A DNA stretch of 64,000 bases from Escherichia coli (GCF_003018255.1 NZ_CP027440.1), one strand, 5' to 3'. Positions 48,242-62,350 are shown, counted from the stretch's first letter. Program-made: numbers and translations. Notes: generated by a model not told the origin, from the letters alone.

Positions 48242-49771
48242 TTACGGCCTTGTAGTAGTAACGGAATTAACAAACCACTGCTGGATATTGCCAATCGCGG
48301 AGTGCGAGGTATCCAGAATCGGCTGCGGATAGAAGCCCAGCAGTACCAGCAGCACCACCAGCAACAGGATCATAAACAGCTCACGCAGCGACATCCCTGG
48401 CAGTTCCTGGCTGGCAATCTGGCTTTTCGCTTTACCGAAGTAAGCGCGATGTAACATCGCCAGCGAATAAACAGATGCAAAGACCAGCCCAAAGGTAGAG
48501 ATAACGGTAATCACCGGGACAACCTGGAAGCTGCCGAACAGAATCATAAATTCGCCGACGAAGTTACCGGTGCCAGGCATCCCAAGCGTTGCCACCGCAA
48601 AGAACAGCGACAGTGCTGGCAGCCATTTCATCTTGCTCCACAGACCGCCCATCATGCGCATGTCGCGGGTATGGATACGTTCATAAAGCTGACCGCAGAG
48701 AATAAACAGACCCGCCGCCGACAAGCCGTGCGCAATCATCTGGATTACCGCGCCCTGGTAGGCCAACTGGCTGCCAGTGTAGATAGCAATCAGCACGAAG
48801 CCCATGTGGGAAACCGAGGTGTAGGCGATCAGACGTTTGATATCGGTCTGGGCGAAGGCCATCCACGCACCGTAGAAGATGCCGATAACACCCAGCCACA
48901 TAGCGATTGGCGCGAACTCTGCCGACGCGTTCGGGAACAACGGTAGGGAGAAACGCAGCAGACCGTAAGCGGCGGTTTTCAGCAAGATCCCCGCGAGGTC
49001 AACGGAACCGGCGGTTGGAGCCTGTGAGTGCGCATCCGGCAGCCAGCCATGCAGCGGAACCACCGGCATTTTCACCGCAAATGCGATGAAGAAGCCCAGC
49101 ATCAACAGATATTCCACACCACTGGACATTGGCGTATTCAACAGCTCTTCATAGTTGAAGGTCCAGACGCCGGTCGCATTGTAGTGAACAAAAACCAGCG
49201 CCAGGATGGCGATCAACATCACCAGACCACTCGCCTGGGTGTAAATGAAGAACTTGGTTGCCGCCGTGATACGCGTTTTACCGTCAGAGGCTTTATGCCC
49301 CCACAGTGCGATCAGGAAGTACATCGGCACCAGCATCATTTCCCAGAAGAAGAAGAACAGGAACATGTCGATGGCAAGGAACACGCCGATAACGCCGCCC
49401 AGGATCCACATCAGGTTGAGGTGGAAGAAGCCCTGATATTTTTCGATCTCTTTCCACGAACAGAGTACCGCCAGCACACCGAGCAGACCGGTCAGCACGA
49501 CCATCAGCAGCGACAGCCCGTCAATGGCGAGATGGATAGAGATACCAAAACGCGGGATCCACGGCATGTCGAATTCAGACTGCCACTGCGGAATTCCGGC
49601 GGATTGCGTCAGTGAATAACCGCCCTGCAACCACAGTTGCAGCGACAGCGCCAGCGTCAATCCCATGGTGATCAGCGCGATCCAGCGCGGCACCTTGACG
49701 CCAAAGCGTTCGGTCTGCCAGCACAGGAAGCCGCCGATAAAGGGAATTAATATTAGCCAGGGTAGTAACAT
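48242..49771 (-). CDS. nuoM: NADH:quinone oxidoreductase subunit M
   Basis: 509-aa antiporter-like subunit. Confidence 0.96.
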   Translation of the reverse strand: MLLPWLILIPFIGGFLCWQTERFGVKVPRWIALITMGLTLALSLQLWLQGGYSLTQSAGIPQWQSEFDMPWIPRFGISIHLAIDGLSLLMVVLTGLLGVLAVLCSWKEIEKYQGFFHLNLMWILGGVIGVFLAIDMFLFFFFWEMMLVPMYFLIALWGHKASDGKTRITAATKFFIYTQASGLVMLIAILALVFVHYNATGVWTFNYEELLNTPMSSGVEYLLMLGFFIAFAVKMPVVPLHGWLPDAHSQAPTAGSVDLAGILLKTAAYGLLRFSLPLFPNASAEFAPIAMWLGVIGIFYGAWMAFAQTDIKRLIAYTSVSHMGFVLIAIYTGSQLAYQGAVIQMIAHGLSAAGLFILCGQLYERIHTRDMRMMGGLWSKMKWLPALSLFFAVATLGMPGTGNFVGEFMILFGSFQVVPVITVISTFGLVFASVYSLAMLHRAYFGKAKSQIASQELPGMSLRELFMILLLVVLLVLLGFYPQPILDTSHSAIGNIQQWFVNSVTTTRP

Positions 49772-49860
49772 GGCGATCTTTATTCCTTGTAAAAGTCCCG
49801 TCAGGACCGGATTTTCAACGAATTCTCACGACAGAAAATTCTCTTCGGACTGGGGGTAGT

Positions 49861-49896
49861 GTCGGATGCACCGCGAATGCGGCTTATCCGACCTAC
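49861..49896. repeat. REP element between nuoL and nuoM
   Basis: GTCGGATGCACCGCGAATGCGGCTTATCCGACCTAC. Confidence 0.5.
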
Positions 49897-49934
49897 GTTC
49901 TTATATGCCCAGGGGCAATCCCACAATCCTTAAC

Positions 49935-51776
49935 TCAACGCAGTACCATCAACAGTGCCAGCACCACGACCGCACCGATGCTCATGGATGCCACATACCA
50001 GCGCAGATAACCGTTCTCGCTTAACAGCAGACCTTTACCTGCAAAGCGGGAAAGGACAGCCGGGATGTTCATCATTGAGTTCAGCGGATCGCGTTTCAGC
50101 AACCAGGCAATACCCAGGAACGGCTTGACGAACACTTTGTCGTACAGCCAGTCAAAGCCCCAGGCGTTGTACCACCAGGTACCCAGCAGACGGCCCGGCG
50201 CACTGTTGGCGATGGAGGTCACCAGAGTACGTTTACCCAGCCACAGCCAGGCAGCCAGCAGAATGCCGACCACCGCGACCACGCCAGAGGTAATTTCCAG
50301 GGTCAACATGCTGCCGTGCGCCAGTTCCGTCGTTTGCGGAAGCACGCCCTGCAGCGGCGGTACAATCAGTGCGCCAACGAAGGTGGAAAGGATCAGCAGC
50401 ACAATCAGCGGCAGGCTGTGAGTTACCCCTTTCACGGCGTGAGCGTGAATTTGTTCTTTTCCGTGGAAGACGATGAAAATCATACGGAAGGTGTAGAGCG
50501 AGGTCATAAACGCACCGACCAGACCTGCCACCATCAGATTGATATGACCATTCGCCATCGCACCCGCGAGGATCTCATCCTTACTGAAGAAGCCCGCAGT
50601 GACCAGCGGCAGTGCCGACAGTGCTGCGCCGCCCACCAGGAAGCAGAGATAAACCAGCGGAATAGATTTACGCAGACCGCCCATCTTGAAGATGTTCTGT
50701 TCGTGATGGCAGGCCAGAATGACGGAACCGGATGCCAGGAACAGCAGCGCTTTAAAGAACGCGTGGGTCATCAAGTGGAAAATCGCCGCATCCCATGCCT
50801 GCACGCCAAGCGCGAGGAACATGTAGCCAATCTGGCTCATGGTAGAGTAAGCGAGAACACGTTTGATATCGGTCTGTACCAGCGCCGCAAAACCGGCCAG
50901 CAGCAGCGTAACCGCCCCGACAATGCCCACCAGATGCAGAACTTCCGGCGTCATCAGGAACAGGCCGTGGGTACGAGCGATCAGGTAGACACCCGCGGTT
51001 ACCATCGTTGCGGCGTGGATCAGCGCGGAGACAGGCGTCGGGCCCGCCATCGCGTCGGCAAGCCATGTCTGCAACGGCAACTGCGCAGATTTACCGACCG
51101 CACCGCCCAGCAGCATCAGCGTCGCCCACATCAGCATGTTATTGCCGTCAGCAAAGTGCGCTGGTGCCAGTTCCACCATTTCGCGGAAGTTCAGGGTGCC
51201 CAGTTCGTTGTAAAGAATGAACAGCGCGAAAGCGAGGAACACGTCACCCACACGGGTCACGACGAACGCTTTCATTGCCGCTGCGCCATTCTTCGGATCG
51301 GTGTAATAGAAACCGATCAGCAGATAGGAGCACAGGCCCACGCCTTCCCAGCCGAGGTACATCAACAGTAGGTTATCGGCGAGAACCAGAACTACCATGC
51401 TGGCGATGAACAGGTTGGTGTAAGCGAAGAAGCGAGAGTAGCCCTCTTCTCCGCGCATATACCAGGAGGCATACATGTGAATAAGGAAACCCACACCAGT
51501 GACCACTGAGAGCATGGTCAGCGACAGGCCGTCCAGCACCAGATTGAAACCAATGTTAAAGTCGCCTACCGACATCCACGTCCACAGCGGCTGGCTGTAT
51601 GCCTGCTCACCGTTAGCGAAGAAGTCAACGCCGATAAAGGCGGTTACCAGCGCCGCCAGGCCCACAGAGCCAACGCCGACGATCGCCGAGACGTTTTCAG
51701 ACCAGCGCCCACGGGAGAACGCCAGCAGGACGAAGCCAATCAATGGCAAAATAATGGTTAAGGCAAGCATGTTCAT
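49935..51776 (-). CDS. nuoL: NADH:quinone oxidoreductase subunit L
   Basis: 613-aa antiporter-like subunit. Confidence 0.96.
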
Positions 51777-52075
51777 CCGCGCATCTCACTTACTGAATCG
51801 ATGTTCAGGTTCTGGCGACGACGGTGAAGTTGCAGCAGCAGCGCAAGGCCGATACTCGCTTCCGCCGCCGCGAGGCTGATGGCGAGAATGTACATCACCT
51901 GACCGTCGGTCTGGCCCCAGTAGCTTCCGGCGACCACAAAGGCCAGCGCAGAGGCGTTAATCATGATTTCCAGACCAATCAGCATAAACAGCAGATTGCG
52001 ACGGATAACCAGACCGGTTAAGCCAAGAACGAATAAGATTGCCGCGAGGATCAGTCCATGTTGTAAGGGGATCAT
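51773..52075 (-). CDS. nuoK: NADH:quinone oxidoreductase subunit K
   Basis: 100-aa 3-TM subunit. Confidence 0.93.
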
Positions 52076-52626
52076 GCGTGCTCCTCCGTTTTTCTTTTCG
52101 CGCTGTCGTCTTTACGATTGCTCAGCACTTCACCCGCACGCTCTTCACGACCGACGTGGAAGGCCACAACCAGACCCGCGAGCAGCAGCATAGAAGCCAG
52201 TTCCACCGCCAGTACGTAAGGCCCGAACAGCGTAATACCCACTGCTTTAGCACTGATTGGCGTACCGTCGATACCCTGATCATTAACACCAAGGATGGCG
52301 TAAACAATCACCACCAGCATGATGGCCGACAAAATCGCCGGACCAATCCACACCTGCGGTTTCAGCCACTGGCGTTCCTGTTCGATTTCTGAACCGCCCA
52401 GGTTGAGCATCATCACCACGAACACGAACAGCACCATAATGGCACCCGCGTAGACGATAATTTCCAGCGCACCGGCGAAGTAAGCGCCCAGTGAGAAGAA
52501 CACCCCAGAAATCGCCAGCAGCGAAATAATCAGGTACAGCAGCGCGTGTACCGGATTGGTATGGGTGATCACTCGCAAGGTCGCAAGTATGGCTATCAGG
52601 CCACAGATATAAAAAGCGAACTCCAT
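52072..52626 (-). CDS. nuoJ: NADH:quinone oxidoreductase subunit J
   Basis: 184-aa ORF. Confidence 0.93.
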
Positions 52627-52637
52627 TGCCCCTCTCC

Positions 52638-53180
52638 TTACGGTAACAGGCTCTTGACGTCGATAGGCTTGGCTTCGTTCTCTGCTTCGCCCTTATCTTT
52701 GCCGTCGATTGCCATACCTGCCATCCGGTAGAAGTTATATTCCGGGTATTTGCCCGGACCGGAGATCAGCAGATCCTCTTTCTCGTAAACCAGATCCTGG
52801 CGCTTGTATTCCCCCATTTCGAAATCCGGGGTTAACTGAATCGCCGTGGTCGGACAGGCTTCTTCGCACAGACCACAGAAAATGCAGCGTGAGAAGTTGA
52901 TGCGGAAAAATTCCGGATACCAGCGACCGTCTTTGGTTTCTGCTTTTTGCAGCGAGATACAGCCGACCGGGCAGGCTACCGCGCAGAGGTTACAGGCTAC
53001 GCAACGCTCTTCGCCGTCCGGATCGCGGGTCAGAACGATACGACCACGATAACGGGGCGGCAGATAGACCGGCTCTTCCGGGTACATTCGCGTTTCGCGT
53101 TTGGCGAACGCGTGCAGGCCGATCATCCAGATACTACGAACCTGGGTGCCGAAACCTACTAACAATTCTTTTAAGGTCAT
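52638..53180 (-). CDS. nuoI: NADH:quinone oxidoreductase subunit I (2x[4Fe-4S])
   Basis: 180-aa ORF with two CxxCxxCxxxCP motifs. Confidence 0.95.
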
Positions 53181-53194
53181 GGTCTTATTGCCCC

Positions 53195-54172
53195 TTATTG
53201 CGCCTGCCAGAGAATGACAGCCGCCGTTACCAGCAAGTTGATCAGCGTCAGCGGCAGGCAGATTTTCCAGCCGAAGGACATTACCTGGTCATAACGCGGA
53301 CGCGGTAACGACGCACGAATCAAAATGAACATCATCATAAAGAACGCGGTTTTCAGCGCGAACCAGATGAATGGCGGTAACAACGGGCCTTGCCAGCCAC
53401 CGAAGAACAGCGTCACCATCAGTGCAGAGATGGTCACAATCCCGATGTATTCGCCCACGAAGAACAGACCGAACTTCATGCCGGAATATTCAATGTGGTA
53501 ACCATCCGCCAGTTCCTGCTCGGCTTCCGGCTGGTCAAACGGGTGACGGTGACACACCGCCACGCCCGCGATGGCAAAGGTAATAAAACCAAAGAATTGC
53601 GGGATGACGTTCCACACATGCGCCTGGCTGTTGACGATGTCGGTCATGTTGAATGAACCGGCCTGCGCCACCACGCCCATCAGGGAAAGCCCGAGGAACA
53701 CTTCGTAGCTCAGGGTCTGCGCAGAAGCACGCATCGCACCCAGCAGCGAGTATTTGTTGTTACTTGACCAGCCCGCAAACAGCACCGCGTAAACCGCCAG
53801 ACCGGCCATCATCAGGAAGAACAAAATCCCGATGTTCAGGTCGGCAACCACCCAACCCGGACTGACTGGCACAATCGCAAAGGCCAGCAGCAGCGAGGTA
53901 AAGGCAATCATCGGTGCCAGGGTAAAGATGACGCGATCCGAGAATTTCGGGATCCAGTCTTCTTTAAAGAACATCTTGATCATGTCCGCGACCAGCTGGA
54001 GCGAACCGCCCCAGCCAACACGGTTAGGTCCGTAACGGTTCTGGAACAGACCCAGCAGGCGACGTTCGCCAAAGCTCATGAATGCCCCACAGGTGACAAC
54101 CACCAGCAGGATCACCACCGCTTTGAGGATGGTCAGCAGGATCTCAATCAGTTCCGGTGATATCCAACTCAT
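53195..54172 (-). CDS. nuoH: NADH:quinone oxidoreductase subunit H
   Basis: 325-aa polytopic subunit. Confidence 0.95.
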
Positions 54173-56895
54173 TGTTGTGCCTCCTTGAGATCCTCAAGAT
54201 GCGCGCCAGCCAGTACCGGAGCAATGCCGGACATACCCATCGGCAAGCCCACCTGCCCTGCCGTCAGTCCTTCGGCGATTTCAACCGGCAGCGTGACCGT
54301 GTTGCCATCGTAACTAAAGGAGACGCGTGTACCCGCGTTCACACCCAACTTCGCGGCATCCGCTGGGTTGAGTTTGATGTACGGCTGCGGCATACGGCTC
54401 TGGAAGACCGGAGCACGCTGTGACAATTCATCGCTACCAAACAGGTGGTAGTACGGCGCGATACGCCATTTCCCGTCCTGCGGCTGGAAGCGTGCCGGTA
54501 CGCTGGTGAAGTAATCCAGACCATTTTCGCTGGTTTCAAACAGACGCACGCCCGGATCGCCAAAGCGCAGTTTGCCGCCCACTTCGTCCTGGAATTTGTT
54601 CCACGCCTGCGGGGAGTTCCAGCCTGGCGCCCAGGCAAACGGCACTTGCGAACGGTGCGCGGTCGGCTGGTTGTTACCTTCCATCGAGAAGGTGAACATG
54701 GTGTCAATATCCTGCGGCTGACGCGGCTCATGAACGCTGATATTGGCGCGCATGGCGGTACGACCGCTGTAACGGTGCGGTTCACGGGCCAGTTTCTGCC
54801 CACGAATACGGAATGTCGCATCCGGCGCAGCATCTTTGATACCCGCCAGTTCCGGGATTTTCGCCACAACAGCGTCAATCACATGGTCGAGCTGCGTCCA
54901 GTCCACTTCACGGCTCAGCAAGGTGCTGTGCAGCGAGTGTAACCAACGCCAGCTTTCCAGCATGACAGTTTTGCTGTCGTAATAAGCCGGATCGTAAACC
55001 TGGAAGAAACGTTGGGCACGGCCTTCGTTGTTAATCACCGTACCGTCGCTTTCAGCAAAGCTGGCAGCAGAAAGTACCAGATGGGCGTTTTCCATAATCG
55101 CTGTGCGTTGATGGTCAACCACCATCACCAGCGGCGCTTTAGCCAGCGCAGCATTCACGCGGGTAGCGGAAGCGTGACGATGCAGATCGTTTTCCAGCAC
55201 CACCACCGCGTCGGCGCGTCCGGTTTCCAGTTCGGTTAACGCTTCTTCAAGCGATCCACCGCCCATAATGCCCAGCCCCATGCTGTTGACGGAACGGGCA
55301 ATCATGGTGATACCGACGTCAGCGCCGCGACCTTTCAGGGCTTTCGCCACGTTAGCCGCAGCCTGAATCACTTCAGCGCTACCGGCGTTCGTCCCGGAGA
55401 TAATCAACGGTTTCTTCGCACCTGCCAGTGCCTGCACGATGACGTCGATTTTGCTTTGCAGCTCAGGTTCAATACCGTCAACCGCTGGCGCGGAGTTATC
55501 CAGCGCATGGGCGATGGCAAAACCTAAACGCGCCTGATCTTCAACCGGTGCGCGGTAAGTCCACGCCGCGATATCATCCAGACGGGTGTCATCAACGTTG
55601 GTAACAAACAGCGGATGCTTCGCACGTTGGCCGATGTTGAGGATTGCCGCAATCTGCCAGTCAGCCACTTTCTGTGCTGCCGCCATTTCGCGCGCTTTAC
55701 CTTTCACCGCCTGACGAACTGCCAGCGCGACGCGCGCGCCGGTCTGGGTAACGTCTTCGCCCAGCACCAGTACCGCATCGTAAGATTCGATTTCGCGCAG
55801 TGCCGGCGTATAAATGCCGCCTTCACGCAGCACTTTCAGCGCCAGTTGCAGACGTTCCTGCTCACCGTGAGCGATACCGGTGTAGAAGTTTTCTTCGCCC
55901 ACCAGCTCACGCAGCGCAAAGTTGCTTTCCACGCTGGCACGCGGAGAACCAATGCCGATCACTTTCTTCGACTGACGCAGAATATCTGCCGCGCCCTGCA
56001 TTGCCTGTTCGGCGTTGAGGGTAATGAAATCATCGCCACGACGCTGTACTGGCTGACGCGGACGATCTTTCAGGTTGACGTAACCGTAACCGAAACGACC
56101 ACGGTCGCAGAGGAAGTAGTGGTTTACCGTACCGTTGTAACGGTTTTCGATACGACGCAGTTCGCCGTAACGCTCGCCGGGGCTGATGTTACAGCCGATG
56201 GAACATTGCTGGCAGATGCTCGGCGCAAACTGCATATCCCATTTACGGTTGTAACGCTCGGAGTGCGTTTTGTCGGTGAATACGCCGGTCGGGCAAATCT
56301 CGACCAGATTACCGGAAAATTCGCTTTCCAGCGTGCCGTCTTCCGGGCGACCGAAGTAGACGTTGTCGTGCGCACCGTAAACGCCCAGGTCCGTGCCGTC
56401 AGCGTAATCTTTGTAGTAACGCACGCAGCGGTAGCAGGCGATGCAGCGGTTCATTTCGTGAGAGATGAATGGCCCCAAATCCTGATTACGGTGGGTACGT
56501 TTGGTGAAACGGTAGCGACGGAAGCTGTGTCCAGTCATCACAGTCATATCCTGAAGATGGCAGTTACCGCCCTCTTCACATACCGGACAGTCGTGCGGGT
56601 GGTTGGTCATTAACCACTCGACCACACTTTCACGGAACTGTTTCGCTTCTTCATCGTCAATGGAAATAAAGGTGCCATCGGAAGCCGGTGTCATACAGGA
56701 CATCACCAGGCGACCACGCGTGTCTTCCGCGTTTTGGTATTGCTTCACCGCACACTGGCGGCAAGCACCGACGCTTCCCAGCGCCGGATGCCAGCAAAAG
56801 TAAGGAATATCAAGGCCCAGAGACAGACAAGCTTCCAGCAAGTTGTCCGCTCCGTTGACCTCGTATTCTTTGCCGTCTACATGAATTGTAGCCAT
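54169..56895 (-). CDS. nuoG: NADH:quinone oxidoreductase subunit G
   Basis: ORF 54169-56901; start [15 protein letters not shown] preferred; N-terminal Fe-S cysteine clusters and a molybdopterin-like domain. Confidence 0.95.
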
Positions 56896-56947
56896 TAGCA
56901 TGCTTCCAGTTTTCTCAGTCAGAGACTGAGCGTTAATCGAAATTCGG

Positions 56948-58285
56948 TTACCAGCGCTCTTTCAGCAGGTTCGGCTGAATCCCATTAATCAAATGGGTAT
57001 TGCTGAACGGCTGTTTGATTCCCGCCTCAAATTCTTCGCGGAAATATTTGATGGCGCTCTGTAACGGCTCCACTGCACCAGGTGCGTGGGCACAGAAAGT
57101 TTTACCCGGGCCTAAGAATCGACACAGTTGCTCAAGTGTTTCGATATCGCCCGGCTGACCTTCGCCACGCTCCAGCGCACGCAGAATTTTCACGCTCCAC
57201 GGCAGACCGTCGCGGCACGGCGTACACCAGCCACAGGACTCACGGGCGAAAAACTCTTCCAGGTTACGCACCAGCGACACCATGTTGATCTCATGGTCAA
57301 CCGCCATCGCCAGCGCCGTACCCATACGGCTTCCCGCTTTACCGATACTTTCGAATTCCATCGGCAGATCAAGGTGCGCTTCGGTCAGGAAGTCGGTGCC
57401 AGCGCCGCCTGGCTGCCAGGCTTTGAATTTCAGACCGTCACGCATACCACCGGCGTAATCTTCGAGGATCTCGCGTGCGGTGGTGCCGAATGGCAGTTCC
57501 CACAGGCCCGGATTTTTCACCCGACCGGAGAAGCCCATCAGCTTGGTGCCAGCATCTTTACTTTTCGAGATGTTCTGATACCACTCCACGCCGTTAGCGA
57601 GGATCGCCGGAACGTTACACAGGGTTTCGACGTTATTGACACAGGTCGGTTTGCCCCATGCACCGGAGGTTGCCGGGAATGGAGGCTTCGAGCGAGGGTT
57701 AGCGCGACGCCCTTCCAGGGAGTTGATTAACGCTGTTTCTTCACCGCAGATGTAGCGCCCAGCCCCGGTATGGACGAACAATTCGAAGTCGAAACCTGTT
57801 CCCATAATGTTTTTGCCAAGCAGACCCACTTCGGTGGCTTCGGCAATGGCACGGCGCAGATTCACTGCCGCTTCGATATACTCGCCACGCAGGAAGATGT
57901 AGCCACGGTACGCTTTCAGCGCAAACGCGGAGATGAGCATACCTTCCACCAGCAGGTGCGGCAGTTGTTCCATCAGCAGGCGGTCTTTATAGGTGCCCGG
58001 CTCCATTTCATCGGCGTTACACAGCAGGTAACGGATGTTCATGGATTCGTCTTTCGGCATCAGGCTCCATTTCAGGCCGGTAGAAAAGCCCGCGCCGCCG
58101 CGCCCTTTCAGACCAGCGTCTTTTACCTGATTAACGATTTCGTCCGGAGACAGCCCGGTCAGCGCCTTACGCGCGCCTTCGTAACCGTTTTTGCTGCGAT
58201 ATTCGTCCAGCCACACTGGCTGTTTGTCATCGCGCAGACGCCAGGTCAGCGGATGCGTTTCGGGAGTACGGATAATGTTTTTCAT
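56948..58285 (-). CDS. nuoF: NADH:quinone oxidoreductase subunit F (FMN, NADH site)
   Basis: 445-aa ORF. Confidence 0.96.
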   Translation of the reverse strand: MKNIIRTPETHPLTWRLRDDKQPVWLDEYRSKNGYEGARKALTGLSPDEIVNQVKDAGLKGRGGAGFSTGLKWSLMPKDESMNIRYLLCNADEMEPGTYKDRLLMEQLPHLLVEGMLISAFALKAYRGYIFLRGEYIEAAVNLRRAIAEATEVGLLGKNIMGTGFDFELFVHTGAGRYICGEETALINSLEGRRANPRSKPPFPATSGAWGKPTCVNNVETLCNVPAILANGVEWYQNISKSKDAGTKLMGFSGRVKNPGLWELPFGTTAREILEDYAGGMRDGLKFKAWQPGGAGTDFLTEAHLDLPMEFESIGKAGSRMGTALAMAVDHEINMVSLVRNLEEFFARESCGWCTPCRDGLPWSVKILRALERGEGQPGDIETLEQLCRFLGPGKTFCAHAPGAVEPLQSAIKYFREEFEAGIKQPFSNTHLINGIQPNLLKERW

Positions 58286-58782
58286 TTATACCGCTCCAGC
58301 AGTTCAGGGATCGCTTCCGGGGTCAGATGCGCGTGAGTGTCCTCATCGATCATCATGTTTGGCCCTTTGTCGCAGTTCCCCAGGCAGCAAGTTGGCAGCA
58401 GCGTAAAGCGGCCATCAAATGTCGTTTGCCCTGGTTTGATGTTCAGCTTTTTCTCCAGCGCCGCCTGAATACCCTGGTAACCGTTGATGTGACAGACCAC
58501 GCTGTCGCAATAACGGATCACATGGCGACCAACCGGCTGGCGGAAGATCTGGCTATAGAACGTTGCCACGCCTTCGACGTCGCTCGCCGGAATACCCAGC
58601 ACATCGGCGATCGCGTGGATCGCGCCATCCGGCACCCAGCCACGCTGCTTCTGAACGATTTTCAGCGCTTCAATGGACGCCGCACGCGGGTCTTCGTAGT
58701 GGTGCATCTCGTGCTCAATCGCTTCACGCTCTGCCGCACTCAGCTCAAAAGCCTCGGTTTGTGGTTGTTGATTCTCGTGCAT
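58282..58782 (-). CDS. nuoE: NADH:quinone oxidoreductase subunit E (2Fe-2S)
   Basis: 166-aa ORF. Confidence 0.95.
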
Positions 58783-58784
58783 AA

Positions 58785-60587
58785 TTAGCGGTCCACATCT
58801 GACATAACAAAATCGATACTGCCCAGATAAACAATCAGGTCAGACACCAGGCTGCCGCGGATCGCCGCCGGAATTTGCTGCAAATGCGCATAACTCGGCG
58901 TACGGATACGGGTGCGATAACTCATGGTGCTACCGTCGCTGGTCAGGTAGTAACTGTTGATCCCCTTGGTCGCCTCAATCATCTGGAAAGATTCATTGGC
59001 TGGCATCACCGGACCCCACGACACTTGCAGGAAGTGGGTGATCAGGGTTTCGATATGTTGCAGCGTGCGCTCTTTCGGCGGCGGCGTGGTCAGCGGATGA
59101 TCCGCTTTGAACGGGCCTTCCGGCATGTTGTTGAGGCACTGCTCAAGAATGCGCAGACTCTGGCGCAGCTCTTCCACTTTCAGCATTACGCGGGTGTAGC
59201 AGTCAGAAACACCACCACCCACCGGGATTTCAAAGTCGAAGTTTTCATAGCCAGAATAAGGACGCGCCTTACGCACGTCGAAGTCGATCCCGGTGGCGCG
59301 CAGGCCCGCGCCAGTGGTGCCCCACTCCAGCGCCTCTTTCGCGCCATAGGCGGCAACGCCCTGGGAACGACCTTTCAGAATGGTGTTTTGCAGCGCCGCT
59401 TTCTCGTAAGACGCCAGACGTTTCGGCATCCAGTCGAGGAACTCACGCAGCAGGCGATCCCAGCCACGCGGCAGGTCGTGCGCTACACCGCCAATACGGA
59501 ACCACGCCGGGTGCATACGAAAACCCGTGATCGCTTCCACCAGATCGTAAATTTTCTGACGATCGGTAAAGGCGAAGAACACTGGCGTCATCGCGCCGAC
59601 GTCCTGAATAAAGGTGGAGATATACAGCAGGTGACTGTTGATGCGGAACAGTTCGGAGAGCATTACGCGAATGACGTTAACGCGATCCGGCACGGTGATC
59701 CCGGCCAGTTTCTCTACCGCCAGCACGTAAGGCATTTCGTTAACGCAGCCGCCGAGGTATTCGATACGGTCGGTATACGGAATGTAGCTGTGCCAGGACT
59801 GGCGTTCGCCCATTTTCTCCGCACCACGGTGGTGGTAGCCGATGTCTGGTACGCAGTCGACAATTTCTTCGCCATCAAGCTGCAAAACGATGCGGAAAGC
59901 CCCGTGCGCCGACGGGTGGTTCGGGCCGAGGTTGAGGAACATGAAGTCCTCGTTTTCGGTGCCGCGCTTCATCCCCCACTCTTCCGGTTTGAAGGTCAGG
60001 GCTTCCATCTCCAGGTCCTGTTTGGCTTTGGTCAGCTCAAACGGCGAGAATTCGGTAGCGCGCGCCGGATAATCTTTACGCAGCGGGTGACCTTTCCAGG
60101 TTTGCGGCATCATGATGCGGCGCAGGTTCGGGTGACCGTCGAAAGTAATGCCAAACAGATCCCAGGTTTCACGCTCATACCAGTTAGCGTTCGGGAACAG
60201 TTTGGTGAAGGTCGGTACGTGCAGGTCGTTTTCTGCCAGCGCCACCTTCAGCATGATGTCGCGGTTACGATCGATAGAAATCAGATGGTAGAAAACGGAA
60301 AAATCCGCGGCAGGTAACCCTTCGCGGTGTGTGCGCAGACGTTCGTCCATGCCGTGTAAGTCAAACAGCATGACGTAAGGTTTCGGCAGTTTCTTTAAGA
60401 AATCGCCCACTTCCAGTAATTGTTCACGCTTGATCCACACAACGGGAACCCCGGTGCGAGTCGCCTGAACAGTAAAGGCATCCGGCCCAAAACGGTTGCG
60501 CAGTTCGCCAATCACCGGATCATCAAGATGATCGCGGGTCTGCCAGGCGGGTTCTTGCGCGGTTAAGTCGGTCATATTGTTCACCAT
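58785..60587 (-). CDS. nuoC: NADH:quinone oxidoreductase fused subunit C/D
   Basis: 600-aa fused NuoCD characteristic of E. coli (start may be 4 codons in, at MTDLTAQ). Confidence 0.95.
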
Positions 60588-60680
60588 TGCAAATGGTCCG
60601 TGGTGACTGTCGGCGCAGTAAGCTTCGCGAAATAGATTTAGGAATAAGCGAAGAAAAATTCCTTTGCCGACAGGCGCAAA

Positions 60681-61343
60681 TTAAATCTCGTCAGGTGTAC
60701 GCAGGTTGGTTACGGCAATGCGTTCACCGCGCTTGCGTTCGCGCTCTGATTGCATATTGGCGCGATAAACGCCCTGATCGCCAACCACCCAGGAGAGCGG
60801 ACGACGTTCTTTACCGATAGATTCCTGCAACAGCATCAGTGCCTGCATGTACGCTTCAGGACGCGGAGGGCAGCCCGGGATATACACATCAACCGGGATG
60901 AATTTATCGACGCCCTGCACAACGGAATAAATATCGTACATACCGCCGGAGTTGGCACAGGCACCCATTGAGATAACCCATTTTGGTTCCAGCATCTGGT
61001 CATACAGACGCTGAATAACCGGTGCCATTTTTGTAAAGCAGGTTCCTGCAACGACCATCAGGTCAGCCTGACGCGGCGAAGCTCGCAATACTTCTGCGCC
61101 AAAACGCGCCACGTCATGCACCGCGGTAAACGAAGTCACCATCTCAACGTAACAGCAGGAAAGACCGAAGTTATACGGCCAAATTGAGTTTTTACGACCC
61201 CAGTTAACCATGTCATTGAGCTTGCCCATAAACACGTTTTTATTAACTTCTTGCTCCAGAGGGTCGGTTACGATCTCCTGCTTTTGCAGGGGGTAACGGT
61301 CGTTCTCACCGTTGGGATCTATGCGGGTGAGCGTATAATCCAT
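60681..61343 (-). CDS. nuoB: NADH:quinone oxidoreductase subunit B
   Basis: 220-aa ORF with the CCxxE...C...CP N2-cluster motif. Confidence 0.95.
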
Positions 61344-61358
61344 CTTAATGCCTCGCGG

Positions 61359-61802
61359 TTAGCGTTGACGATTAGCGATACTGTTCGTTTCCGGGTTCAT
61401 ACGCTCGCGGCGTGAACGCGCGGGCGTCCAGTCCAGCGCGCCAATACGCACCAGATAAACCAGACCTGCCAGTAACACAAAAATAAAAATTGCAGCTTCC
61501 ACAAAGCCTACCCAGCCGCTTTCGCGGATAGAGGTTGACCATGCGAACAGATACAGCGCTTCAACGTCGAAGATAACGAAGAACATGGCCACCAGATAAA
61601 ACTTGGCGGACAGGCGTAAGCGGGCGGAGCCGACCGAGTCGATACCGGATTCAAACGGAACGTTTTTCGACCTTGCGCGTGCGCGACCGCCTAAAAACCA
61701 ACCGCCTACCAGCATCAGGCAACACAGGCCAATGGCAACGATAAGAAAGATAGCGAATGCCCAGTGATGAGCGATGACTTCAGTGGATGTTGACATACTC
61801 AT
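61359..61802 (-). CDS. nuoA: NADH:quinone oxidoreductase subunit A
   Basis: 147-aa 3-TM subunit; first gene of the operon. Confidence 0.93.
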
Positions 61803-62350
61803 TGCTTACTCATCAAAAGTAGCGCCAGATTCACTGCTCTTCACGGCAGATGGACGCCACATCGATTCATGGGGAGGAATAAAAAAAACCTTACAATCAC
61901 TGTAGAAATTCTTTTATACAGCTAATTGATGTGGTCTTTTACTCCTTTCTATAACCTTTTGTCAACTTTAACAAAAGTTTCTTCACATTAGTTTACATAA
62001 TATCAACACCATTAGCATTTAATGCCCTTTCACCCCAGATCCTTGACGACTCCAGGATAATTAGATGTTGTTGAATCGTGTCCGTTGTGAAGCAATGGAA
62101 AAAATACGGGTCTATTTTGACAGGAATTTGTGTCGATTCCTCCCCCCAAAAGAGAGTATTTTCTTGATCTGTGACACGCTTTTGTCATTCCATAACAAAA
62201 ACGCAGCAACAAATTTACGTATTTTTTAACATCATTGTAGCAGGTGATTTTTTTCAGGCGATTATTTGTGCGTTCGGGACGTGAATCTCTGGTGATTGAA
62301 AAATGAACAGTTTTGTACGTTCTGCACGATACGAGGAAGGCTTTTTACTA
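61803..62350 (-). promoter_or_regulatory. nuo operon promoter / long 5' leader region
   Basis: About 550 bp non-coding AT-rich region upstream of nuoA; individual regulator binding sites not mapped here. Confidence 0.45.
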